This document shows, piece by piece, positions 28,078 to 36,372 of a stretch of 56,390 nucleotides of DNA. The notes under the pieces were generated by a model. That model had not been told where the DNA came from, did no database searches, and saw only the letters and a list, made by a program, of their open reading frames with translations. Origin of the DNA: a virus (lineage: Duplodnaviria > Caudoviricetes). Position numbers and translations under genes: made by a program. The DNA is taken from IMG/VR virus record IMGVR_UViG_3300008450_000048, positions 1-56,390 of that record, one strand, 5' to 3'. Positions within the stretch are counted from its first letter, which is position 1. The number at the start of each line of letters is the position of its first letter.

Positions 28078-28599
28078 ATGGCGCAATTTCAATTCGACAC
28101 CAACACCGTTGAGAAACGGGAAAACAACTTTGAGCTGCTGCCGGCAGGCTGGTACGTCGCTCAGGTCGTTGAGAGCGACATCGTCAACCTGAAGTCTGGC
28201 AACGGCCAGGCTATCAAGCTGACGTTTGATGTGCTCTCTGAAGGCCACCGCGGCCGCAAGATCTGGGCGCAGCTGAACGTCCGTCACAACAACCCGGAAG
28301 CTGAGCGCATTGCCCAGCAGCAGCTGCGTGAGCTGTGCGATTCGATCGGCGTGGTTCGCATGAACGACACCGTCGAGCTGCACAACAAGCCGATGCAGGT
28401 CCGCGTGAAGATCCGCAAGTCTGAGAACCCTCAGTACGAAGATCAGAACGAGATCAGCGGCTACAAGGCTGCTGGCGGTGCGGCTGCACCTGCCATGCAG
28501 ATACCTGCTCGAGCTGCTGCTCCTGCTGCAGCGGCCGCACCTGCTGCTGCTGCTCCGGCTGCTGCCACGCCGCCCTGGCAAAAGAAGAGCGCAGCGTAA
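28078..28599 (+). CDS. Single-stranded DNA-binding protein (DUF669-like)
   Basis: FELLPAGWYVAQV...GRKIW...NEISGY, Ala/Pro tail ending PPW. Confidence 0.8.
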   Translation: MAQFQFDTNTVEKRENNFELLPAGWYVAQVVESDIVNLKSGNGQAIKLTFDVLSEGHRGRKIWAQLNVRHNNPEAERIAQQQLRELCDSIGVVRMNDTVELHNKPMQVRVKIRKSENPQYEDQNEISGYKAAGGAAAPAMQIPARAAAPAAAAAPAAAAPAAATPPWQKKSAA

Positions 28600-28606
28600 C
28601 GATTGC

Positions 28607-28687
28607 GGGGAAAGCGGATGCTGGCGTGCGGCACTGCGTGAAGCGGAGCGCATTGCAGCCAGACGCAGCGAGTACCCCACCTTTTTT
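28607..28687 (+). ncRNA. Candidate structured RNA / terminator
   Basis: Long irregular hairpin GGGG...CCCC with a GAAA/GAGUA internal loop, followed by a U-tract. Confidence 0.4.
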
Positions 28688-28698
28688 AGGAGACAAAC

Positions 28699-28848
28699 AT
28701 GTTTAAAGCGATTGTTGGACTGTGGCTTGCACTGACCGCCACGCTTGTGTGGGCCAACTGCACCACGCATACCTACTTTGTGAATGGCAAGACGGTCATT
28801 TGCACCACTTGCTGCTACGGCGGCAACTGCACCACCAACTGCTACTAA
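28699..28848 (+). CDS. Secreted Cys-rich peptide, 49 aa
   Basis: Below the ORF-track cut-off. AGGAG RBS; MFKAIVGLWLALTATLVWA-NCTTHTYFVNGKTVICTTCCYGGNCTTNCY. Confidence 0.8.
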   Translation: MFKAIVGLWLALTATLVWANCTTHTYFVNGKTVICTTCCYGGNCTTNCY

Positions 28849-28858
28849 GGAGAAAGCA

Positions 28859-29131
28859 ATGCAACAAAACCAACCACCCATCATCACCATCAAGATGGTC
28901 CCTGCCGGCGTTGAGCTGGTGCTCAATGCGCTGAATCAGCTGCCACGCGGACAAGTGGAAGGCCTGTGGCAAGAGATTGCCGGCCAGTACACCTATCAGA
29001 TGCAGGAGCTGCAGAAGGCCGCACAAGCCGCGCAAGCTGCTGAGGCTGCACAAGCACCGGCCGCTGCTGAAACCGCGCCTGAAGCGCCGTCTGACGACGC
29101 TGGCGCTGTCTCGCCGGGAGGTACTGAATGA
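28859..29131 (+). CDS. Hypothetical protein
   Basis: AAGGAG RBS, ATG 28859. Confidence 0.7.
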   Translation: MQQNQPPIITIKMVPAGVELVLNALNQLPRGQVEGLWQEIAGQYTYQMQELQKAAQAAQAAEAAQAPAAAETAPEAPSDDAGAVSPGGTE

Positions 29132-29331
29132 TGTCTACCCGCATTTACGCAGTCCAGGGACTGGACACCTTTCGATTGATTGAAGCCGGCAGCAAGCAGG
29201 CCGCGATTCGTCATGCCGCAAAGGGCATCTTCTCTGCTGAAGTCGCCAATCAGAAGACACTGGTCGCTGCCATGACAGACGGCGTGCGCGTCGAGGTGGC
29301 AACGCCTGAGAAGGCTGAGGCGGAGGAGTAA
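29128..29331 (+). CDS. Hypothetical protein
   Basis: GGAGG RBS; RIYAV...RLIEA...AIRHAA motif; followed by a terminator-like hairpin at about 29330-29357. Confidence 0.7.
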   Translation: MMSTRIYAVQGLDTFRLIEAGSKQAAIRHAAKGIFSAEVANQKTLVAAMTDGVRVEVATPEKAEAEE

Positions 29332-29498
29332 GCCAGCCGGCGGTGCGGCTGGTTTTATGGCTTTTTCCCAGCAAACACCGGCAGCATGGGCTTGTGGCTC
29401 CTTATACGCGAGTGACCGTGCCGACTGACCGCCGTAAGCGGTGGCTGGGCCAACAGCCTGACACCCCGGAAAGACGGGGCCAACACAATGGAGAACAC

Positions 29499-30566
29499 AT
29501 GGCAAAACCGCCCGAACCAATGCATTCAACTGCCGCCCTGATCTATCAGGCGTATGAGAACGACGCCGACTCCGGCAACCGCCCGCACCTGGGCGCGTCC
29601 CTGATCGGCCACGCCTGCGAACGCTATCTGTGGATGACGTTCCGATGGGTCGAAGACAAGAAGTTTGACGGCCGCATGCTGCGCCTATTCCAGACCGGCG
29701 ATCGTGAAGAGGCGCGCCTTGTTGCCAACCTGCGCCGCATCGGTGTGCAGGTGCATGACAAGACACCGGACGGCCAGCAGTGGCGCGTGTCCGATGTCGG
29801 CGGCCACTTCGGCGGCAGCATGGACGGCGCAGCTCTTGGACTGCCGGAAGCGCCGAAGACCTGGCACGTGCTCGAGTTCAAGACGCACAACGAGAAAAGC
29901 TTCAAAGAGCTGAGCAAGGGTGTGCGTGTGGCCAAGCCGCAGCACTACGCGCAGATGCAGATCTACATGGGTCTGACTGGAATGGACCGCGCTTTTTACA
30001 TGGCGGTCAACAAGAACAACGACGAGCTGTACACCGAGCGCGTGGAGTTTGACCCGGTTGAATTCGCCAGGCTGAAGGCGCGCGCTGAGCGTGTGATCAA
30101 TGCAACCGAGCCGCCGCTGAAGATCAGCGAAGACCCGAGCTGGTACGTCTGCAAGATGTGCGACTTCCACGAGCACTGCCACGGGACGGCTGCGCCGCAG
30201 GTCAACTGCCGCACGTGCGCTCACAGCACGCCGCAGATTAACGGCGAAGCGCGATGGTCCTGCTCTAGAGGCACCGCCGACTTGAACATCAGCAGTATTC
30301 CGATGGACCTGCAGCGCACCGGCTGCAGCTCGCACCGGTACATCCCGATCCTGCTGCAGAACTTCGCGACGCAGGCGGACTATGTCAATGGTGATGTTAT
30401 GTACACCGATTGCGATGGCATTGTGTTTGGCAACGGCGAGAACCCTGGATCGCTGACCAGCCATGACATCCGCAACCTGAAAGCAAAGTCACTGGCCGGT
30501 GGCATGGCAGAGCTGAAGAAGGAAATCGACGAGGTCTTCGGACCAGGCAGCAAGGTGGTCGCATGA
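29499..30566 (+). CDS. Cas4-like PD-(D/E)XK exonuclease
   Basis: RPHLGASLIGHAC, GSMDG, VLEFKT, HYAQMQIYM, CKMCDFHEHC; GGAG RBS. Confidence 0.85.
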   Translation: MAKPPEPMHSTAALIYQAYENDADSGNRPHLGASLIGHACERYLWMTFRWVEDKKFDGRMLRLFQTGDREEARLVANLRRIGVQVHDKTPDGQQWRVSDVGGHFGGSMDGAALGLPEAPKTWHVLEFKTHNEKSFKELSKGVRVAKPQHYAQMQIYMGLTGMDRAFYMAVNKNNDELYTERVEFDPVEFARLKARAERVINATEPPLKISEDPSWYVCKMCDFHEHCHGTAAPQVNCRTCAHSTPQINGEARWSCSRGTADLNISSIPMDLQRTGCSSHRYIPILLQNFATQADYVNGDVMYTDCDGIVFGNGENPGSLTSHDIRNLKAKSLAGGMAELKKEIDEVFGPGSKVVA

Positions 30567-30946
30567 GCAATGGACTCACATGCCCTTACTGCGAGCAACA
30601 AGCCCAGCTGACTACCGGCGACTACATCTACCCGCACCGCAAAGACCTTGCATCAAAACAGTTCTGGGTTTGCTGGCCATGCGATGCGTATGTCGGATGC
30701 CACGGCAGCAGCAACCGTCCGCTTGGGCGCCTGGCCAACGAGGAGCTGCGCAAAGCCAGGACTGCTGCGCATGCGGCCTTCGATCCGCTGTGGAGATCAA
30801 GAAGATTCAGCCGCACGCGTGCGTATGTGTGGCTTGCCAGTCAACTCGGTATCAAAACATCCGAATGCCACATCGCAATGTTTGATGTCGAAAAGTGCAA
30901 GTCAACCGTGGCAGCCGTTTACTCACTGAGCGAGGTGGCATCGTGA
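30563..30946 (+). CDS. Zinc-finger protein (DUF3268-like)
   Basis: CPYC, CDAYVGCH, PLGRLAN, HAAFDPLW, CHIAMF. Confidence 0.85.
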   Translation: MSNGLTCPYCEQQAQLTTGDYIYPHRKDLASKQFWVCWPCDAYVGCHGSSNRPLGRLANEELRKARTAAHAAFDPLWRSRRFSRTRAYVWLASQLGIKTSECHIAMFDVEKCKSTVAAVYSLSEVAS

Positions 30947-32556
30947 AGCTTCGCCCCTATCAAGAGCGCGCGCTCGACGAGCTGTGGACCTGGTTCGGTA
31001 AACACAACGACGGCAATCCGATCGTCGAGGCCTGCGTTGGCGCCGGCAAGTCGCTGATGATTGCGGCTCTCGCGCAGCGAGCTGACGCCGAGTTTCCCGG
31101 CACCCGCATCCTGGTGCTGGTGCATCAGAAAGAATTGCTCGAGCAAAACGTCGAGAAGATCCTGGCCATCTGGCCGCAGGCGAACGTGGGCCTGTACAGC
31201 GCAGGCGCCGGGCGCAAAGACCTGGGCCGGCAGATCACGTACGCCACGATCGGCAGCATTTGGAGGGACGCGCACCTGCTGGGCCGCATCGACATCGTGC
31301 TGGCCGACGAGTGCCACCTGATCAACCCGAAAGAGGAAGGCATGTGGCGGGGGTTCCTGTCGGACCTGGCCAGGTACAACCCGAGCACGCGCTGCATTGG
31401 CTGGACGGGCACGCCCTTCCGCGGCAATGGCGTGTGGCTGACGGCTGGCGACACGCCCCTGTTCACCAACATCAGCACCCGGGTGACGATGCGCGAGCTG
31501 CTCGAGCTGGGCTTCCTGTCGCCGCTCGTGCCGGCCACCACGGTCACGAAGATCGACGCGCACGACGTGCGAACCAGTGGCGACGATTACGTGGTCAGCG
31601 AGCTGGCCAAGGTGACCGACACCGAGGAGCTGGTCGAGGCGACGTGCGATGAGATCGTGCAGCTGGCCGCCGATCGCCGCCGCTGGCTGGTCTTTGCCGT
31701 GACGATTGAGCATGCCCAGCACGTGCGAGACGCGTTGCGTGCGCGAGGCGTGGTGGCCGAGATGGTCAGCGCCAAGACGCCGAAGGGTGAGCGTGCGCAG
31801 CTGATTGCCGACTTCCGCGCCGGGCGCATCAAGTGCCTGGTCAATGTTGCGGTGCTGACGACTGGCTTCGATGTGCCGGCCGTGGACTTCATTGCCTTGC
31901 TGCGCGCGACCAAGTCACCGGTCCTGTACGTGCAGATCGCTGGCCGCGGGATGCGGATTGCGGACGGGAAGACCGACTGCCTGTGGGCTGACTTCACCGA
32001 CACGACGATCAACATGGGGCCGGTGGATGCGGTCAAAGGCCGAGTGCCGAGCGGCGTGCGCAAGGGTGAAGCGCCGACCAAGCTGTGCCCTGAGTGCGGC
32101 AGCCAGAACCCGGCAGCTGCGACAGAGTGCATCGACTGTGGCTACCTGTTCCCGGAGCCGGAGCGCATCAAGCACGGCACACGTGCGTCGGCGGCCGCGG
32201 TGCTGAGCAGCCAGAAGGAAACGATGTTCTCGACCGTGCCGGTGAGTGAGGTGCGCTATCACCTGCATCGCAAAGAGGGCAGCCCACCAAGCCTGCGCGT
32301 GGAGTACTACGACGGCTTGATGCGCCAGGCCAGCGAGTGGGTGTGCCTCTCACACATCGGCTATGCGCGAAGGAAGGCAGAGGTTTGGTGGAATGCGCGC
32401 AGCACGATCGACGCGATACCAGGCAGCACCGAGCAGGCGCTCGAGTGGCTGGAATACAGCGACGCGATCCTGCGCAAACCGGCGGCGATCATGGTCACGA
32501 AGAAGGACAAGTATCCAGAAATCGTCTCGTATCACTGGGAGAGGGAGACAGCATGA
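30943..32556 (+). CDS. SF2 DNA helicase with Zn finger (RadD/YejH-like)
   Basis: LRPYQ, GAGKS, DECH, TGT, LTTGFD, QIAGRGMR, CPEC...CIDC. Confidence 0.9.
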   Translation: MKLRPYQERALDELWTWFGKHNDGNPIVEACVGAGKSLMIAALAQRADAEFPGTRILVLVHQKELLEQNVEKILAIWPQANVGLYSAGAGRKDLGRQITYATIGSIWRDAHLLGRIDIVLADECHLINPKEEGMWRGFLSDLARYNPSTRCIGWTGTPFRGNGVWLTAGDTPLFTNISTRVTMRELLELGFLSPLVPATTVTKIDAHDVRTSGDDYVVSELAKVTDTEELVEATCDEIVQLAADRRRWLVFAVTIEHAQHVRDALRARGVVAEMVSAKTPKGERAQLIADFRAGRIKCLVNVAVLTTGFDVPAVDFIALLRATKSPVLYVQIAGRGMRIADGKTDCLWADFTDTTINMGPVDAVKGRVPSGVRKGEAPTKLCPECGSQNPAAATECIDCGYLFPEPERIKHGTRASAAAVLSSQKETMFSTVPVSEVRYHLHRKEGSPPSLRVEYYDGLMRQASEWVCLSHIGYARRKAEVWWNARSTIDAIPGSTEQALEWLEYSDAILRKPAAIMVTKKDKYPEIVSYHWERETA

Positions 32557-32756
32557 GTCCGGCCGAGATACAAGTGAAGATCAACATCGCTCAGCGAGAG
32601 GCGGACTTCTGGAAAGACATCCTGCAAAAGAAGTCGTGCGGATTCTGCAAGCACTGGCAGCACCCTGGTTGCGAGCTGGCCGACGGCGCCGAGCCACCGG
32701 CGGATGTGGTGAAGGTCGGCTGCGATGTGTGGAATTGGGACGGAATTCCGTTCTAG
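32553..32756 (+). CDS. Small Cys-rich protein
   Basis: CGFCKHW...C...GCDVW...IPF; GGAG RBS; coupled to the helicase. Confidence 0.7.
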   Translation: MSPAEIQVKINIAQREADFWKDILQKKSCGFCKHWQHPGCELADGAEPPADVVKVGCDVWNWDGIPF

Positions 32757-32769
32757 GGGCGACAAGGGA

Positions 32770-32805
32770 TTGCAGGGGGTGATGCCGGGCCGTACAATCA
32801 CATTG
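32770..32805 (+). promoter_or_regulatory. xis-int promoter with operator motif overlapping the start site
   Basis: TTGCAG-17 nt-TACAAT overlapped by AATCACATTG. Confidence 0.55.
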
Positions 32806-32828
32806 CTGATAGTTCGCAGGGGAGCACA

Positions 32829-33032
32829 ATGAGCATTGAAATAAGCGCCGCCGCACGGTATGTCAGGCTGCCTCTCTTTGAGCGGCTGACTGGCTACACG
32901 CAGAAAGCCGTGCGGCGCAAGATCGAATCGGGCGCCTGGCTCGAGGGGCGGGAGTACCGCCGCGCGCCGGACGGGCACATCATTGTCGACATGCATGGGT
33001 ATCAAAAATGGGTAGAGAAATCCCCGGCGTAG
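32829..33032 (+). CDS. xis: Excisionase
   Basis: LTGYTQKAVRRKIESGAWLEGREYRRAPDG...YQKWVE; overlaps the integrase start. Confidence 0.85.
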   Translation: MSIEISAAARYVRLPLFERLTGYTQKAVRRKIESGAWLEGREYRRAPDGHIIVDMHGYQKWVEKSPA

Positions 33033-34201
33033 ACATCCGTGACGGCAGCCTGCGGCTGTGCTTCACGTATGAAGGCGAGCGCCATCGCAAAACCTTGCTG
33101 GTCAACGGCAAGCCCCTCGCCCCCACGAAGCCCAACATTGCCTTCGCGTCCAAGCAGATCAAAGAGATCAAGGACAAGATCCGGCTGGGCGTGTTCGTCA
33201 TGGCCGAGTACTTCCCCGAGGACGGCAACGCAGGGGCGAGCCTGACAGTCGCAAGCCAGCTCGACAGCTGGCTGGCTGGCCAGCGCATCGAGAACTCCAC
33301 CAAGGCCGGCTACACCAGCGCCATCAAGTTTTGGAAGAACGCGCCCTACAACGAGGCCAAGACCGGCAAGCTGGGCGATCTGCCCCTGCGCCAGCTGGTG
33401 CCCAGCCAGATCAACATAGCGATCGCCAGCAAGGCAGACCTGTCTGGCAAGACCATCAACAATTACGTGTCCGTGCTGCGCGAGGCGCTGAACTCAGCGG
33501 TCACCGATCGCGTGCTGGCTACGAACCCGGCGGACGTGGTCAAGCGCGCCAAGTATCAGAAGCCGGTCGCGGATCCGTTCAGCGCCGAGGAGCGCGAGAA
33601 GATCATCGCCAAGGTCGCCGAGCGTCACCCGGGCCAGGTGGCCAACCTGGTCGAGTTCTGGTTCTGGACCGGGCTGCGCACGTCGGAGCTGTTCGGCCTG
33701 TGCTGGCGGCACGTAGACCTGGCGTCCGGCACGATGCTGGTGACCGAGGTGGTGGTCCGCGGCGAAGAGAAGGACCGCACGAAGACCGATGTCGCCCGGA
33801 CGGTCAGGCTCAATAGTCGGGCCTTGGCCGCGCTCCAGCGCCAGCGCAAGCACACCCAGATGGCAGACGACGGGAGGGTCTTCCACGACCCGCGTTACGA
33901 CGCCGGGTGGTATGAGGAGCGCGCCTTCCGTCGAAGCTTCTGGGAGCCTGTATTAAAGGCGCTGGGCATGCGTTACCGCCGGCCCTACAACTGCCGCCAC
34001 ACGTACGCCACGGCCATGCTGATGGCCGGCATGACGCCGGCGTTCTGCGCCAAGCAGCTGGGGCACAGCGTGGAGATGTTCCTGAAGACCTATGCCAAGT
34101 GGATTGACGGCAATCAGGACGCCGCCGAGATGGCAAGACTCGAAAAAGCAATTGTCCCCGGAGTGTCCCCAGCTTCCCCTGCCGTCCCCGCAAGTGCTTG
34201 A
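33008..34201 (+). CDS. int: Tyrosine integrase with N-terminal arm-binding domain
   Basis: TGLRTSEL, PYNCRHTYA, QLGHS, TYAKW catalytic motifs. Confidence 0.95.
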   Translation: MGREIPGVDIRDGSLRLCFTYEGERHRKTLLVNGKPLAPTKPNIAFASKQIKEIKDKIRLGVFVMAEYFPEDGNAGASLTVASQLDSWLAGQRIENSTKAGYTSAIKFWKNAPYNEAKTGKLGDLPLRQLVPSQINIAIASKADLSGKTINNYVSVLREALNSAVTDRVLATNPADVVKRAKYQKPVADPFSAEEREKIIAKVAERHPGQVANLVEFWFWTGLRTSELFGLCWRHVDLASGTMLVTEVVVRGEEKDRTKTDVARTVRLNSRALAALQRQRKHTQMADDGRVFHDPRYDAGWYEERAFRRSFWEPVLKALGMRYRRPYNCRHTYATAMLMAGMTPAFCAKQLGHSVEMFLKTYAKWIDGNQDAAEMARLEKAIVPGVSPASPAVPASA

Positions 34202-34218
34202 TTTTGTGGTGAAATTGG

Positions 34219-34245
34219 TGGGGTGGCTGATGGGACTCGAACCCA
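34219..34245 (-). other. attP core identical in form to the 3' end of tRNA-His
   Basis: Minus strand TGGGTTCGAGTCCCATCAGCCACCCCA (T-arm, acceptor strand, CCA), 18 bp after the int stop; no 5' half of a tRNA. Confidence 0.9.
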
Positions 34246-34332
34246 TTCTACGGGGGAAGCTGGGGGTTTTGAGGGGAGCTATGTGCTTGATTCGATTTAA
34301 GCCGAATCCCCTCACTTCCCCGTCATTACCAA

Positions 34333-34356
34333 AGTTTGTCCCTGAGTTTGTCCCTG
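34333..34356. repeat. Putative Int arm-type sites
   Basis: AGTTTGTCCCTG twice in tandem; related TGTCCCC pair at 34153-34171 on the other side of the core. Confidence 0.65.
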
Positions 34357-34389
34357 AAGTATCACAATGCTATTGAAATGGAGACTCCT

Positions 34390-34677
34390 ATGAACCACCC
34401 AGAAGTTCCCCAGCATCGCGCCACCGTCACCCTGTCTGACATCACCGCCAAGGTCAAGAAGACGACCTACACGATCCTGCCAGACACCACCACGACCGTC
34501 TGCCAGCTCCACATGGAGAACGGCTACGTGATCCTGGGCACCAGCGCCTGCGTTGACCCGGCCAAGTTCAGCCAGGCAACCGGCGAGAAGTTCGCCTACG
34601 AGGACGCCATCAACAAGGCCTGGCCGCTCGAGGGCTACCTGCTGGCTGAAGAGATCTTCCAAAGGGGGAAAGCATGA
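34390..34677 (+). CDS. N4 gp49 / Sf6 gp66 family protein (possible Acb4-like nucleotide sponge)
   Basis: TTVCQLHMENGYVILGTSACVDPAKF...GEKFAYEDAINKAWPLEGY; GGAG RBS. Confidence 0.8.
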   Translation: MNHPEVPQHRATVTLSDITAKVKKTTYTILPDTTTTVCQLHMENGYVILGTSACVDPAKFSQATGEKFAYEDAINKAWPLEGYLLAEEIFQRGKA

Positions 34678-34925
34678 GAGACGCAGAAATCAGACCCGGC
34701 CCCATTGAAATCACGCCACCCGCAGACCCTTGGATTCACCGCTCAGATGGCATGCGCTGCCGCACCTGCATGTGGTTTGTAACCAAGCCGACCGACTACC
34801 CGACCAAGCCGGATGTTCGGATTGTTGGCCGCTGCCGCCGCCATGCGCCGACGATGGGCGGCTACCCGGTCGTGTATCAAACCGACTGGTGTGGCGACCA
34901 CCGAGTGGACGAGAACAAAGTATGA
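34674..34925 (+). CDS. Cys-rich metal-binding hypothetical protein
   Basis: CRTC...GRCRRHAP...YPVV...DWCGDH; ATGA-coupled. Confidence 0.7.
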   Translation: MRDAEIRPGPIEITPPADPWIHRSDGMRCRTCMWFVTKPTDYPTKPDVRIVGRCRRHAPTMGGYPVVYQTDWCGDHRVDENKV

Positions 34926-35563
34926 GCTTCGTCTGCCCCCTCCCACCCATCAAGGTGCTCGTCCGAGCCGAGTACCTATATGACCACCAGTCCGGCCACA
35001 ACGACCTCGTGGAGGGCGTCTGGTGCAGCGTGAAGGCCCACCGCGGTGAGGCCTTCCGCTTTGAGACCTACCTGCCCCAGTACGCCGCCCTGTTCGACAA
35101 GCTACCGATCAGTGCGTTTCTGTGGACCGACCAGGTTCCCAAGGCCGATCTGTTGCCTTTGGACATGCTCCAGATCTGGGACGCCCTGTCGTACCACGTG
35201 ACCGTAATTGAGAAGCCACTGCTCCAAGGGCTGCGGGCGCAGTTCTTCGGCAAGGACCGGCAGATCCACACCGGCCGGTACATGTTCACCCTGGACGGCT
35301 GCAGCCCGGATCCGCGAATCCCGGACTTCACTTTCGTGGAGACCATGGACGAGCACAAGTCCTACAACCTGCTGCAGCTGGACAACGGGCAGTTCGCCCT
35401 GCAGCCGAACAACCGCTGCCAGTTTTTTGACCCTGCGCTCAATCCGCAGGAGATCAAGACACCCGACTTCAAGGTGGCAACCACCAAGTACACGGTTGAG
35501 GACAAGGCGAAGTGGCGGCTGGGCGATACCACCTCTGTGACCTACGACGGGAGAACCGAATGA
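34922..35563 (+). CDS. Conserved phage hypothetical protein, 213 aa
   Basis: VRAEYLYDH, DKLPISAF, YMFTLD, EHKSYNLLQLDNGQFALQPNNR; ATGA-coupled. Confidence 0.75.
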   Translation: MSFVCPLPPIKVLVRAEYLYDHQSGHNDLVEGVWCSVKAHRGEAFRFETYLPQYAALFDKLPISAFLWTDQVPKADLLPLDMLQIWDALSYHVTVIEKPLLQGLRAQFFGKDRQIHTGRYMFTLDGCSPDPRIPDFTFVETMDEHKSYNLLQLDNGQFALQPNNRCQFFDPALNPQEIKTPDFKVATTKYTVEDKAKWRLGDTTSVTYDGRTE

Positions 35564-35892
35564 GCGCCGCCCTGTATTCCATTGCCAACGTGCAGCACGC
35601 CCTCATGGCGCTCAAAGAAAAGATCGCCCCGGAGAAGTGGGCCGAGACACCGCTCCCGATCATCGTCGCGCCAAGCTGGTGGATGGAAGAAGTCCGCAAG
35701 GAGATGGGTGTTGAAGAAGGCTTTGAACCCGGCGAGATCCACGGCTGCCACGTGACCCGCACGAACCATGTCAATGAACCGTACCTGCTGGATCACGATG
35801 GGGTGATGTATCCCATCTTGCCGGCCTGGCTGCGCGCCAGCAATTCAACCAAAGAAGAGGGAGACAAAGATGAAAGCAACAGTGACGTTTGA
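35560..35892 (+). CDS. Hypothetical protein
   Basis: GGGAG RBS, ATGA-coupled. Confidence 0.65.
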   Translation: MSAALYSIANVQHALMALKEKIAPEKWAETPLPIIVAPSWWMEEVRKEMGVEEGFEPGEIHGCHVTRTNHVNEPYLLDHDGVMYPILPAWLRASNSTKEEGDKDESNSDV

Positions 35893-36037
35893 AGACGAAG
35901 GCGATCAGGTCAAGGTCAGCATTGACTTCGGCGAGGACGGCGGCAACGAACTCAGCCCAGCGCACCAGATGGCAGTCATGGCCACGCAGATGGCAGCGCA
36001 GGCAATGGGATCCATGGGCGAAGGGGAAGTGCAATGA
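35870..36037 (+). CDS. Small acidic hypothetical protein, 55 aa
   Basis: Not in the ORF track; GGGAG RBS; MKATVTFEDEGDQVKVSIDFGEDGGNELSPAHQ...; stop overlaps the next ATG. Confidence 0.65.
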   Translation: MKATVTFEDEGDQVKVSIDFGEDGGNELSPAHQMAVMATQMAAQAMGSMGEGEVQ

Positions 36038-36345
36038 ACCGCATGAGCTACCGAGAGGTCGAGCTGGAGATCCTGCGCTGGGCAGAAGACCGTCGCATCA
36101 TCCCGAACGCAACGCCCACCAGTCAGCTGCTGAAGGCAGTCAGCGAGATGGGCGAGCTGGCCGACGCAGAAGGCAAGCGCAACAGAGAACTGATTAGGGA
36201 TGCCGTCGGCGATGTGATGGTGTGCCTGATCAACTACTGTGCCCTGCGCGACATAGACATCGTCTCGTGCATGGCAGACGCGTATGACCAGATCAAGGAC
36301 CGCCGCGGCACGCTCATGCCTGACGGCACCTTCGTCAAAGAGTAA
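36034..36345 (+). CDS. MazG-like nucleotide pyrophosphohydrolase
   Basis: WAEDR, QLLKAVSEMGELA, DAVGDVMVCL, AYDQIKDRRG...GTFVKE. Confidence 0.85.
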   Translation: MNRMSYREVELEILRWAEDRRIIPNATPTSQLLKAVSEMGELADAEGKRNRELIRDAVGDVMVCLINYCALRDIDIVSCMADAYDQIKDRRGTLMPDGTFVKE

Positions 36346-36372
36346 AGACGGGGGCATTGCCCCCATCCTTTA
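36346..36372. terminator. Hairpin between convergent operons
   Basis: GGGGGC-ATT-GCCCCC between the two facing stop codons. Confidence 0.5.

Noticed and set aside
29499-30566. Cas4 as part of a CRISPR system
   Set aside because: No other cas genes or array; it sits in a standard Sak4-SSB-exonuclease-helicase module.
34219-34245. Phage-encoded tRNA-His gene
   Set aside because: Only the T-arm and 3' acceptor strand are present; no anticodon or D arm. Interpreted as attP.
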